A stretch of DNA of 61,399 nucleotides, the filler included, from Globobulimina sp. (lineage: Eukaryota): assembly GCA_003354225.1 (NCBI GenBank). It is 23 parts of 23 records of this genome, joined end to end, with 100 filler letters (N's around TTAATTAATTAA, not from the genome) between each part and the next. Parts side by side here need not be neighbours in the genome. Positions count along the whole stretch, not along the records: positions 1 to 2,576 come from PIVH01005899.1; positions 2,677 to 5,252 come from PIVH01005900.1; positions 5,353 to 7,928 come from PIVH01005901.1; positions 8,029 to 10,604 come from PIVH01005902.1; positions 10,705 to 13,280 come from PIVH01005903.1; 18 more parts are not named here. One strand, given 5' to 3'. The translations under genes were made by a program, and so were the position numbers. The notes below the pieces were generated by a model. That model was not told the origin of the DNA, searched no databases, and saw only the letters and a program-made list of their open reading frames with translations. Shown here one piece after another: positions 1 to 11,615 of the stretch (position 1 is its first letter; each line of letters begins with the position of its first letter).

Positions 1-935
1 CTCAATCCGACGAAATTTCCCACCTTGAATCCAAATACGAGAGCACCCACAGTTACTAATTACACATATCCACCAACAATCATTCCGAGCACGAACCCAA
101 CAAATAATCCTTCAACAACGCCGACCAAATCACCCACTGAGAACCCTTCGACAGCACCGACAAAATCACCCACTACGGATCCCACGAAAAATCCATCCAC
201 ATCTCCTACGAAAGCACCAAGCAAACCTATATTTTTTAGAGACTTGAATATATAAATGAGACAATTGACTGTAATTTTACTTTATTTACAACTGAAATTT
301 ACTTTTATACCGAAAACTATGCAAATAATAATATAATATTCGAAATTGATAACTTGAATGTTACAAATAATATGAATGAGTCTTTGATTCGGATTAATTA
401 TCAAATATCGAGCAATGCTTCGGATGAGATGTTGGATGCCGTTGAAAATATGATTAACGCAGCGAGATTTAAGCAACTTTTAATGGATGATTTAGAAGAA
501 AGTTCTGGTGATTGTGTAGATTTTAAATATATTGGATTTGAGACATCGAGATCAGAAATATCAACTTCGCAGTTACTATCAACTGACAATGAGGGCGGAG
601 AAGACCAAGATGTGTGGATCAAATTGCTTGATTGGCAAAATTATAATACCACAGAGTTGTTGGTTGTAATTGGCATTGGCGTCGTTGTGGTGATACTCAT
701 TTGTACGATTCTTTATTGTCTGATAAGATGTTGTTGCAATGACAGAGAGAATGCTTCGCAATTTACGCATAGTAATAATGCACAGTCTGTTGTTGAGTTT
801 GGTGGCTTTCATTCGAAACCAAGACAAAAGAAAGCTGTGTTTAATTATTCAAACCAATTTACTGATGCAAATAATCAAAATATGCAAAATCGAAGAGTTT
901 CCGATATCGATGGTAATCGTTGGATTGAAATATAA
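1..935 (+). CDS. Mucin-like (PT-repeat) single-pass membrane protein, 5' partial, apparent frameshift near 240-252
   Basis: Frame 1 encodes TxxPT/PS repeats to TAA at 253. Frame 3 is open 240-935 with a hydrophobic TM helix (LLVVIGIGVVVVILICTILYCLI) followed by RCCC and a cytosolic tail. Confidence 0.7.
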
Positions 936-1121
936 TTTGTTTTTTGTTTTTGTGTTTGTTTTCTTTGATTCTTAGTGTTTTCAAAGGATTATATTTGTTA
1001 CCAACCCCAAGTTATACTTTGTTAATTTGTGCAAACCCGACACAAAGCTATAGCAAACCGTTAGAATATAAAATCAAACATCAGGAATATGAGTACGTAT
1101 TACAAATTGAATGAAGACATT

Positions 1122-2576
1122 TTAGGGTTGTTTTGTTGTCAGAAAAGAATCCTTTATATTTGTACTCAATGATATGCCTTTTTGCAAATGTTGCACTATT
1201 TGTTTCCATGTCAATTGTGCTTGATATAATTTACAAACTCTATCAAATAACCAAATGGCTTGGTGGTCGGTTTCAATCTGCAACTCAATTTTTAACATAT
1301 TCCAGCATGTAATAATTGTATCCTCTCTTTGCTCAGATTGCAAAATTGCATTTTGCACAAAGTATTTTATTCTCGATAAAAACACAAAAAATCGGTAGAT
1401 TTGTTGCAATGATAACGTTTTTATTTTGTTTCTAATGATTTGAAATAATTTATTTATGGATTTATCATTGATTCCCAATGAATGCTTTAATAATATAAAT
1501 TGTGACAGCTTTAATGTGTGCGATCCATTCACGGCTTGTGAGTTTACACAAAAATCATATGATTTTAATATCATTAAACCGTGCGGTATGCTCATTTTTG
1601 ATTCATTTGAATTTGGTTTGAACGCCCAAAATAAATTCAAATTGAAACATAAATCGGCAATATTTTTTGAATATGTATACAAATATTTAAGTTCCGATTG
1701 GAATTCTTGTTTTTCTTTGTTTGAATTCCATACTGTTTCACAGAAATACTCGTTTTTAAAAATCATAAATGTTTTTGGCAATGGTTTTGCAAAGAAATCA
1801 ATTGTTTCTTTATTCAATTTGCTATGTTTCAATCTTTTTTTATCTTTCATAAATTTATGATATTTTATCATCATTTCAGTAATTTTCTCATTACGTTTTA
1901 AAACATTGCCAAATTGTACTGAGAATGAAAATATTTGTTGCAAAGTTATGGTGTCACAACAAAATGATAACATTGCATCAAATATATTGTCTCGTCTTTC
2001 CTGCTCCATTCTAATTATTGATCGATTTATTTTCCTTTCAAATATTTCATTTTCGTGCATTACCATTACGCTCATATTAAATTCATAATTTTTGAATTCT
2101 TTCTGACATAATATGCAGTCACATTGCTTATTACATAAATGACAGTCTTTATTAATTTCTTTGATCAAATCACTCCATTTCTTCCTATCCAAATGCCTTA
2201 ATTTTAACTTGGCATTTTTCACTGCATTTACATTTACATTAAAATTATTTTCTTGATACAATCTGCCGGATTTCTGTCTCGATTCTTGTGTATCTTCAAT
2301 TATTGCACTCAACAAATGATTGATAATACGCGTAATTCCACCATATCCAAACATCATTTTATTTGTATCACATATCAATTTATTCAGACACTCTTTGATT
2401 TGACCCAATGATATCACATTCTTTTGGGTATCCAATGCCGCACCAAATAGCTCTGAAGCTTGCATGCTTTTTTTTGTTGACAACAATGTTCTTTGTTTAT
2501 TTTTCATTTCATCATTTTCATTGCAATTTAGTTCAAATTCTGGATCCACAAATTTAACAAACACATCATGCGAAAT
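1122..2576 (-). CDS. Hypothetical protein, 5' partial
   Basis: 480+ aa stop-free frame running to the contig edge, with a small Cys cluster CHLCNKQCDCILC. No family recognised. Confidence 0.7.
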   Translation of the reverse strand: MSHDVFVKFVDPEFELNCNENDEMKNKQRTLLSTKKSMQASELFGAALDTQKNVISLGQIKECLNKLICDTNKMMFGYGGITRIINHLLSAIIEDTQESRQKSGRLYQENNFNVNVNAVKNAKLKLRHLDRKKWSDLIKEINKDCHLCNKQCDCILCQKEFKNYEFNMSVMVMHENEIFERKINRSIIRMEQERRDNIFDAMLSFCCDTITLQQIFSFSVQFGNVLKRNEKITEMMIKYHKFMKDKKRLKHSKLNKETIDFFAKPLPKTFMIFKNEYFCETVWNSNKEKQEFQSELKYLYTYSKNIADLCFNLNLFWAFKPNSNESKMSIPHGLMILKSYDFCVNSQAVNGSHTLKLSQFILLKHSLGINDKSINKLFQIIRNKIKTLSLQQIYRFFVFLSRIKYFVQNAILQSEQREDTIITCWNMLKIELQIETDHQAIWLFDRVCKLYQAQLTWKQIVQHLQKGISLSTNIKDSFLTTKQP

Positions 2577-2676
2577 NNNNNNNNNNNNNNNNNNNNNNNN
2601 NNNNNNNNNNNNNNNNNNNNTTAATTAATTAANNNNNNNNNNNNNNNNNNNNNNNNNNNNNNNNNNNNNNNNNNNN
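2577..2676. other. Artificial contig linker (first of 22)
   Basis: N44-TTAATTAATTAA-N44 with stops in all six frames. It recurs at 5253, 7929, 10605, 13281, 15956, 18631, 21306, 23981, 26655, 29329, 32002, 34675, 37348, 40021, 42694, 45367, 48040, 50712, 53384, 56056 and 58728. Intervening contigs shrink monotonically from 2576 to 2572 bp. Confidence 0.99.
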
Positions 2677-4821
2677 TTATTATACATTTCTTGATCTTTT
2701 TTAGATGGCTTATATTTGCCGCCATTACATATTGCATTATAAATGTCATCAACTTTTATTAAATCCTTTTTAGTTTTCACTGCATTTGCAATAGTATTAA
2801 TATGTAATCCTTTACGTAACAAAGCCTTAACTAATTGTATTTGCTCTGCATCCTTTTGATCATCATCAACATTACCAATCTGATCATCATTTTTCTTCTC
2901 ATCACAGCCAAAAATCAGTCCTCCATTGCCTTCACAAATAATATTTTCATACTTTATTTTGGTCCCATTAGAAATTTCAATATGTCCTTTCATTCCAAAT
3001 AACTGCCGACCTGAAACAAACAATTTAATTCATACATTTCCAAATAAATATATACCACAAACCATAAGGAGTATTATAACCAATTACAACTCCTACACTA
3101 TATTCACATTTTGAATTTGCTGAACGAAGCTGCAAACTTTTAATATGTTTCAATTTATTGTCAGGATCAGCAATTTTGATAACTGCAATATTAGCATATT
3201 GGTATACTTTCCATGACACAGCATACCAATGATAAATAGTATGACATGCTGTCAATCCATCAGCTGTATTTTCTAATATTTCAAATAATATGTGATGCAC
3301 TTTCATTTTCCCATCATTTTGAACAATGGCGGCAGCACTGCCCAATAAATATGCACATTTTTCTGATTTTTTTATAATGAATGCAGTGGATCGGAATTTG
3401 ATTGAACGACCATTGGAATTTCCAAAATCTGTCCATAACATTCCGACATTATAAACCTGATTATTATTACCGTCAAACCCAAAGTCCTTTGGCTGTGCGC
3501 GTCTATATTTGAATCTTGTTTGCAATGAAACACAAAAACTTTCAATTTCATTTGTTAGCAAAGTCGCCTTAATCAAGTCATCCACATTTTTGATGGTGCT
3601 ATGTTGTGCAGTCAACGTTGTCGCACATAAAGTGCCTGCATTGTATTTATATTTTTTAGATCCACCGGTATGAACAGCAAATATCAGAGTATATTTATCA
3701 TAAATTGAAAATATGGCAGCTCCGGAAGTGCCACCAGATGCATCAATTTCTGTTTGTTTCAACACATATTCTCCATTGTCATACTCATTTAACTCACATT
3801 CAAATATATCATTAATTGACTCAGCACCCCACATAGCTTCGCGTTGCTTATTTTCGCTTTGTTTGATTGGTTTTTTGAGCACAATCAAAGGATATCCATA
3901 GATATAATAAGCATGTTTCCCCCTAATATTATGAAATAATTTGCCATCAACCAATAGAATATTTTCGCAGACATGTTTGTAATAATTATTGGTATCTCTA
4001 AATCTAAGAATTGCTATGTCATAACCACTTTTTACCAGTGGTAATTCAGCATATTTATCATCGTCAATATATACTATATCTCTGTTAAATTTATATTCCT
4101 GTTCAATGTCACCATTCTCCAATTTTCTGCGCTGAAAATATACCTTGCCTGCTTTTAAAATATGTGCTGTAGAATTTAATGATTTGCATTTAATATCTGA
4201 ACATTTTCGTGTTTCGTTTTTCTTTTTGCAGTCATTACACTCAAAATATTCGGTAAACCTCACATTGTGCGCACACGTAATAACATAGCAATAACTGCCT
4301 ATAACTTTATATACAGTGCCTGTTCCAACTGCAGTCAACGCAAAACCATCACTTTTAATATATGTTGCTCTTATTTTGCCAATGCAAGCAATGATGTTTT
4401 CCTCTTTAATGCAACAACCAAATGCTTTCTCTCTCAAATCATTCTCATTCACTAAAACCTCTTGTTCGCCATCATCCAAATCATCAATGTCATGTTCTAT
4501 GTTATCATGATCACTATTTTTGAGGGTTTGACATATTCCACACTGATTCTCTGTGTTTTTGTTGATAAATCTGCATTTTGTGCAGCTCCATTCCGATATG
4601 AACTTTACAAACAATCTTGTTTTCTCTCCAAAAAGCTCAATATCCTCATCATCGATGACACATTCATCATCATCAATGATATTGAAATTTGTTAAATTTA
4701 TATTGCGGAATTTCTCAATTATTTTTTGCTTCAACTGCAGTAAATTGGTTTCATTTTTATTGATTGTTATCTTTCGTTTTACTGCATTTATCTCAATGAT
4801 TAAGCAAATACGGGTTGACAT
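2677..4821 (-). CDS. Multidomain trypsin-like serine protease (PB1/ubiquitin-like N-terminus, RanBP2 Zn finger, active protease domain, degenerate second protease domain), 3' partial
   Basis: WSCTKCRFINKNTENQCGICQ (RanBP2-type finger). Catalytic triad in GTGT..ITCAHNV / YDIAIL / GGTSGAAI..AVHTGG. A 52-nt GT-AG intron at 3011-3062 joins ...NTPYG|RQLFGMKG in frame. Confidence 0.8.
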
Positions 4822-5353
4822 ATGTAAGCTTACTGCATTTATCTCAATGATATATGTAAGCTTACTGAAAATTTCTGCTGTTCAAAAACTTTTTCAGTAT
4901 TTTCGCAATAGTTGTCGAACAGAGGCTCATTGAATTGATTAAAAAGCAAAACTTCCTGAGATTTATGTGTGTCATCAGAAGAATAACGGATAAACATAGA
5001 GACGTCCAATGTGTGGAATATTATCAATTTCTTGTCCGGGGATATTTCTTGGTTGCGGTGCAAACGTGGGATAACAAACTGTTTTAGAAATAAAATAAAT
5101 AAAATACAGAATTATTACCGTTCACGGTTATATATAGCAAAAAAAATAACAATACAAACTCAGACATCAAACTATTGCATATCTCGAACATACGCCAATA
5201 TCGTGGCACTTTCCGAATGGCGCAATGCTTGCTGTTTTGCACCTGTATAAACNNNNNNNNNNNNNNNNNNNNNNNNNNNNNNNNNNNNNNNNNNNNTTAA
5301 TTAATTAANNNNNNNNNNNNNNNNNNNNNNNNNNNNNNNNNNNNNNNNNNNNC

Positions 5354-7928
5354 ATTGACAATTGTTATCCGTTTGGTTCATTTATCCCATTTCCAATCAA
5401 CAACTTCCAATTAATGATCTTAGCGGGAGCCAAAGGCTCAACTGTCAACATGGCGCAAATCGTAGCTTTGTTAGGTTTGTTCTGCTCAAAATATTTTATA
5501 TATCAACAGCAATATTTTATATTTTCTTTTTATGGAACAGGTCAACAGGAATTGGAAGGACATCGGGTTCCGCGCATGATATCTGGCAAAACGTTGCCAT
5601 GTTTTGCAGCGTATGACCCGTGCGGTCGTTCAGGCGGCTTCGTCACCCAACGATTTCTAACTGGCCTACGACCGCAAGAATATTACTTCCATTCCATGGC
5701 AGGCCGCGAAGGTTTGGTGGACACTGCGTGTAAAACCTCGCGCAGTGGGTATTTGCAACGCTGTTTAATTAAAGGATTAGAAACCTTACACGTCGCATAT
5801 GATAATACAGTGCGGGATTGTAACCAGAATATTATACAATTCCTATACGGCGAAGACTCGTTAGATACCTCCAAAGCAAGTTATTTGGACGTGAATGATT
5901 GTAGAAAATACTCGTTTTTCGCCAAGAATAAAAACATCATTGAGAAGAAAGTCAAAAAAGGAATGTTTGACGAACGCGAATTAAAATTAATATTCGAGGA
6001 TCGAGATAAGTTTTTAAATAAAGCATTTTTCGAAAATATGCCTGAATCGAAACTACACAAAATTTTGTCAGCTGATATTAAACGAGCGGACTACACGGCG
6101 ATGGATTTCCGAAATGCGCGGTTGTATATGTTCCAATGGCATAAATATAAGAAAAAACACAAAATTGATAATTGCGATCCATGTTTGAATATTTATAATC
6201 CAGCTTTGCATTTTGGCTCTGTGTCAGAATCGTATTTCAATCGAATTAAACAGTTTATAAAAACATTCCATTCCAACACTAAGATAACATTAAGCAAAAA
6301 TAAACGATTCCAGAAGGAATTTGGTATAAAAACCCTCGATTTCGAGGACTTAATGAAAATAAATTATGCCAAAGCTTTGGTAGAGTCCGGAGAGATGGTC
6401 GGAATATTAGCAGCACAGAGCATTGGTGAGCCGTCCACGCAAATGACACTAAATACTTTCCATTTGGCCGGCTTTGGGGACAGAAATGTCACCTTAGGCA
6501 TACCGCGCATGCGCGAGATATTGATGACGGGGGGAAACAATATTAAAACCCCAGATATGTCCTTTTGGATCTCGGCCGATATACAGCAACCAATGGACGC
6601 TGCGATAAAGTTGAAAAAGGCATTGCAGCCGTTGTCATTAGCTACGTTATTGACTTCGCGCAGTATCCAAGGCCCAGACGTCGTACGTAAAGGCGCCAAA
6701 ACTTACAAACGGGTCTATACCATCGAATTAATAATCGCAGTGCCAAAAGCAATGAAAGATGCGAGTATCAAAGGAGTATTACGCTGTTTGCAGAAGCAAT
6801 TCTTGCCGACTTTATTGCGGTTAATTGGCACAAATGCATCCAAATCAGCAGCTACCTCTGCGTCCAAAATCGATGAATCGCAGAATATCAAAGACGATGA
6901 ATATAATATACAACAAATGCAGGAGGAGAAGGACGAGAAAAGTAAGAATGTTGATGGCAATGTGGAGGAGGAGGAGAGTGACGATGTGGACGCTGACAGT
7001 AATCATTCCGACAGTGACTTAGATGCACACAGTGAGGAAGAGAAAGAATCAGAATTAGAGGACGAAAGTGTGTTATTTGGCGGCACTGATACTGACACAG
7101 TGACTGATAAAGACGATGTTGGATCGAATAAAATGCCCAATTTAGTGACCACCACAGATGATGATTTTAGTGATTATGTAGCTGATAAAAAGAAAAAGAA
7201 ACATAAAAAAAAGATTTTTAGAGATAATGATAAATTGCAACAAGAGCTAGCATTGAAATATAATACATTTCGTAGTGTGTCGATTGTGATCGATGAGCCG
7301 CGAATATTATGTTCATTACAAATTGAATTGCCGCTAAACCACGAACCATTATTATTGCAATCGTTAATTGACAAAGTTTGCAGAAATCATGCGTTTGTAC
7401 GTAAAATCAACAATATTGATTCTGTACATATTCAATATGATAAAAATGGTGGTTATGGAGGCTCGAATTGGAAAATAATAATCTCCGGTTTTAACACTGC
7501 GGTGTTTAAATTGGTGGAGAAATATGTCGATCTACGCTCATTTGAATCGAATTCCATTTATCAAATATATCTATTGTATGGGATCGAAGCAGCGAGAAAT
7601 TCCATCATCAAGGAATTGCTGAGCGTGTTAGGTGCGTATGGTTTGAATGTCTCATTCCGGCATTTATCGTTAATTGCGGACGCAATGACGTATTTTGGCG
7701 AAATCAGGGCAATGACAAGGAAGTCAATGTCAAAGTCGACCTCTCCGTTCTTGCGTGTTACATATGAAACGGCACAGAACTTTTTGAATGATTCATGTTT
7801 AAATAAAGACATTGATAATATTTCATCGCCGTCCTCTGCGATTGTGTTGGGGCAAGTTGGTAAATTTGGTACGGGGCTGTTTGATATTAAACAAGATATT
7901 AAGCAATTAATTAAAATACAAAAAGAAC
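5354..7928 (+). CDS. RPA1: DNA-directed RNA polymerase I largest subunit, C-terminal half (partial)
   Basis: [98 protein letters not shown], acidic expander insert, RHLSLIAD and no CTD heptads. A 66-nt intron lies at 5475-5540. Confidence 0.95.
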
Positions 7929-8028
7929 NNNNNNNNNNNNNNNNNNNNNNNNNNNNNNNNNNNNNNNNNNNNTTAATTAATTAANNNNNNNNNNNNNNNN
8001 NNNNNNNNNNNNNNNNNNNNNNNNNNNN

Positions 8029-10068
8029 AATAACAGAGATTTTATGTAATCCAATATTTTGCATTTCATCTAAAACCTGAATGGCATACTTTGATGGAAT
8101 ATTCATTAATAAATCAATAACCTGATCGCCGACTGGCTTATCTCCAGCATTACGAACAAATTCCTCCAAACGTATTAAAATCGCTTCCTTTGCAAACTCA
8201 TTGTTATCTTTATGACATTCATTTATTTTGAACGTAAGTTTCTTTTCTAATGTTCTTTGATATAATGCGGGATATTTTATTTCTTGTCGTTTTTGTAGAT
8301 TATTTTGATTATTTGTATGCGATTTACATTCCGATGCGATGTTCAATGAATCAGTTAACGACGAAATTAAAACTGCTTTTGTGCATAAACGAGACACATT
8401 TATTAAAGCTTGAAAGCAATGCATCGATTGAGACACATTCAATTTGTATAAAGCATCAATAACTGCATTATCCATAAAATCATCAGTGGTTAATATTCTT
8501 TTTTGTATTAACATATTGTATTTATGCCGTAAGTATGGATTTAAACATCGAATAAAATTATTAATATCTAATATATCTCTCTCATAACTAACACCCGCTG
8601 GAAACACACCAAACTCAGTAAATTGTTTAAGATCCAGCTGTCCCCAAAATTCTTTCTTTGTGGAAAACGTATTTGATTCATTCCATATATTTGGTTTGTG
8701 ACTGCATTCATCATTTTTGCATTCCATATATTCCAACATTTGAACACAAACATTCTTTGTTAGAATGTGAACCGATGGCAATTCATAAGTGTTTCTAAAA
8801 TGCATTTCGTCGTTTAATGTCCAATGATATCCATCATGGCACCAATTAGCTTCACCGCGGAGGCCATCATGTAACGCACAATAACCGTTCAAAGTGTATT
8901 CCTTACACAAACTCACTGTGTTTAGTTTGTTGTTAATGAGTGGATGTATGCCATGATTGCAATTATCATCATTTTCACATTGATTTAATATCCAATGCTT
9001 ACATACTTTTATTTCTTTCGTTATATCGAAGTTTGAATAACTTGGTTTATTAATAATTTGCGGTGCATGATCTGTGACAAATTGGTCGTTTCTATACTTA
9101 TCGTTCAACGCAATCTGTTTTAATATCCGTTTTAATTTGTTATACCTCGGAATGTCATTATGTTTCGTTTCATTTAATGTGCGAATAAAATATTTATATT
9201 CGTTTGGAAGTCTATATTTATCCAAAAATAAGTTCTTTTTATTGCTATCATTGTCAGATAACATGTATTGGATAAATTTCTCTTTTATTTTTTCAATTCT
9301 TTGCCTTCGTGCTTTGGGCTGACTTTCTAACCGAATATACATTGATTTCCATGGTAATAAATTTGTGGAAATATCAATGATTACAAAGATGAGCGACCAC
9401 AAATCATCGATTGGTGATAATTGTAATTTGCAGTGTGCAGTCAACGAGGCATACAACGAAGTGCCAATAAATAAATCTGTTTGTTTCTGGTTTGTAATCT
9501 GTTTTTGTTTATAACTTAGTCCAAAATCGACGATATAAATATGGTGTTTCCAATATTGTTTGCGTGGGAATACAAAATTTGAAGGTTTGATGTCGCGATG
9601 AACGTATCCTTTTGAGTGGAAATTTTGAACCGCAGTTAACAGTTCAATACCAATCAAAGCTCCTTTTTGTATTCCAAAGCATTTCGATGGACATTGTTTG
9701 CGAATCTCACTTAAGTTGTTCTCATCGCATAGTTCCATACATAAATAATTGCCAATTAAGCCAGTGTTTGGTGGCAATTTGCCAAAAGCATACACTTTGC
9801 AAATGTATGGTGATTTATTTCCGAATGCACGCATTACACTGTTTTCCCAGAACAATAAGTCTGTCTCTTTTGGGTTTGTATCAACTTTTATTGCCACATA
9901 ATTCATTTTGCTCTCATCGTAGGCACTAAAAACATGACTAAACCTGCCTTTTCCGATACATTTACAAATTCGATATCCATTCAATTTAGATCCACTGTGT
10001 AATATCCCGTGTTGATTCGTTTTCGTTGTCTTATCTTTGTTACCTTGCAATTGTTGTTTGCTATACAT
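8029..10068 (-). CDS. Casein kinase 1/tau-tubulin kinase family protein with CCCH zinc fingers and a helical C-terminal region, 3' partial
   Basis: IGKGRF, VAIK, HRDIKPSNF, DFGLS, FIGTSLYAS (CK1-type, no APE), DDLWSL. Followed by CKHWILNQCENDDNCNHGIH and two more Cys/His repeats. Confidence 0.88.
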
Positions 10069-10335
10069 AAATACAGGAAACACAATCAACTACAAAGGTG
10101 TTTATGAGTTATGTACTAAACTCATCATGATCAAACATAAGCGCTTTTGTTTGTGCCTTTGTGTTCTGGATTGAATGTGATAATAATAAAAAAAAACAAA
10201 AAAACTCTTTTTAGAGTGAGGTAACTAATCACCAGATTCATCTGTATCGTTGCAATACTATTTAGGAGGATATCTTAAACAAAACGAATCAGTCCTTTTT
10301 TTTGTTTAAACGAAATTAAACTTCTTATTTCAATC

Positions 10336-10604
10336 ATGGAGGTCGATTTTAAAATATTTAAAACTAACACAACGCGATGTAATTGCAGTAAGGGCGAAGA
10401 TGAAATCATCAAAAATTGCGATCATTTATTACGGATAGCATATGGCTTACGATATTACCAATTATTGTGTTGCAAAGAGAATAACGCGAATTCGGAATCG
10501 ATATTTATTGAATTTTGTAGTGAGTCATATTTAATGTGTTTGTCGGATTATATCCATTTAATGACAAAACATAATGAGACTGAAAGCTTAAATAAAATTA
10601 GTAG
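10336..10604 (+). CDS. Hypothetical protein, 3' partial (CxxLxRIxxxLxxYQ family)
   Basis: ATG-initiated frame open to the contig edge. Motif CDHLLRIAYGLRYYQ..DYIHL is shared in part with the ORF at 12974. Confidence 0.6.
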
Positions 10605-10704
10605 NNNNNNNNNNNNNNNNNNNNNNNNNNNNNNNNNNNNNNNNNNNNTTAATTAATTAANNNNNNNNNNNNNNNNNNNNNNNNNNNNNNNNNNNNNNNN
10701 NNNN

Positions 10705-11356
10705 AGGGATTATTCTCAGGGTTTACCATCATTTCAGTGAATGCGTATTCTTGCGTGCCTCGAATGCATGCATTGTTTAGATAGAAATTGAATATTTTCT
10801 CTTTGACAATGAAGTCAATTAAGCCCGGATTTATCTGGTTTGGGTTCATGAACGCAAGCGTTTTTGTTTGGTTTACATACTTATAATACATCCATTTGCT
10901 GGCATCCAATGCCGAATAATTTGCAAATTCTGTTATTGCATCAAATAGTAAAGTACTGTTTGCAATATAGGCGGAATCATCCTGTAATAAAACAGCGTTA
11001 AGAACGGATGCTAATGTTATCAAGTTTGGGGTTATTAAATGTTGCAAGGTGTAATTATAGCGAATATAACCCACTCCGACTGAGGATAGACAGGAAAGCA
11101 TGAACTCATCGACTGCTGTCAAGACTGGATTGCTGATGTTATAAAGATCGTGTAGCCAGTCTGTATCGTATGGTTCTTTCATAAGCGTATAGACACCATT
11201 GCTGTGCGATTCTTTATTGAATAATCCTGAACATATTTGCACTGCTATGCGTGTTGGAATGTCGTGTATCGATGTCAAGTCGATCACTGTTGGTTGCTCT
11301 CCCAAAGTTGAAAATAATCCATAAATAACAAACAACAGCGCAACAAAGAGTGACAT
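10705..11356 (-). CDS. Secreted protein resembling the N-terminal region of GxGYxYP-motif putative glycoside hydrolases, 3' partial
   Basis: Signal peptide MSLFVALLFVIYGLFSTLG, then IAVQICSGLFN, DWL and NLITLASVLNAV, a pattern like GxGYxYP N-terminal domains. The signature motif itself would lie beyond the contig end. Confidence 0.5.
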
Positions 11357-11615
11357 GGTGGTGTATCAGGAAAACTGTAAATTCAATGTTTTTTTACAGT
11401 TTTCTTAGTATTTTGAAGACAAACAAGAGAGTCATAATTCATATACAACGGGTACAAGTTAAGTACAAGTTAAGTGCAAGGACGCCCAACGTAAACAAAT
11501 GAAAGCTATTATAAGTACGTAATATGTAATTTATCAAAAACATGTTGATTATACATGTGCATACACAATACACTGACACTATAAAAAAAATTGATATGTA
11601 TATTGAATAAATAAT

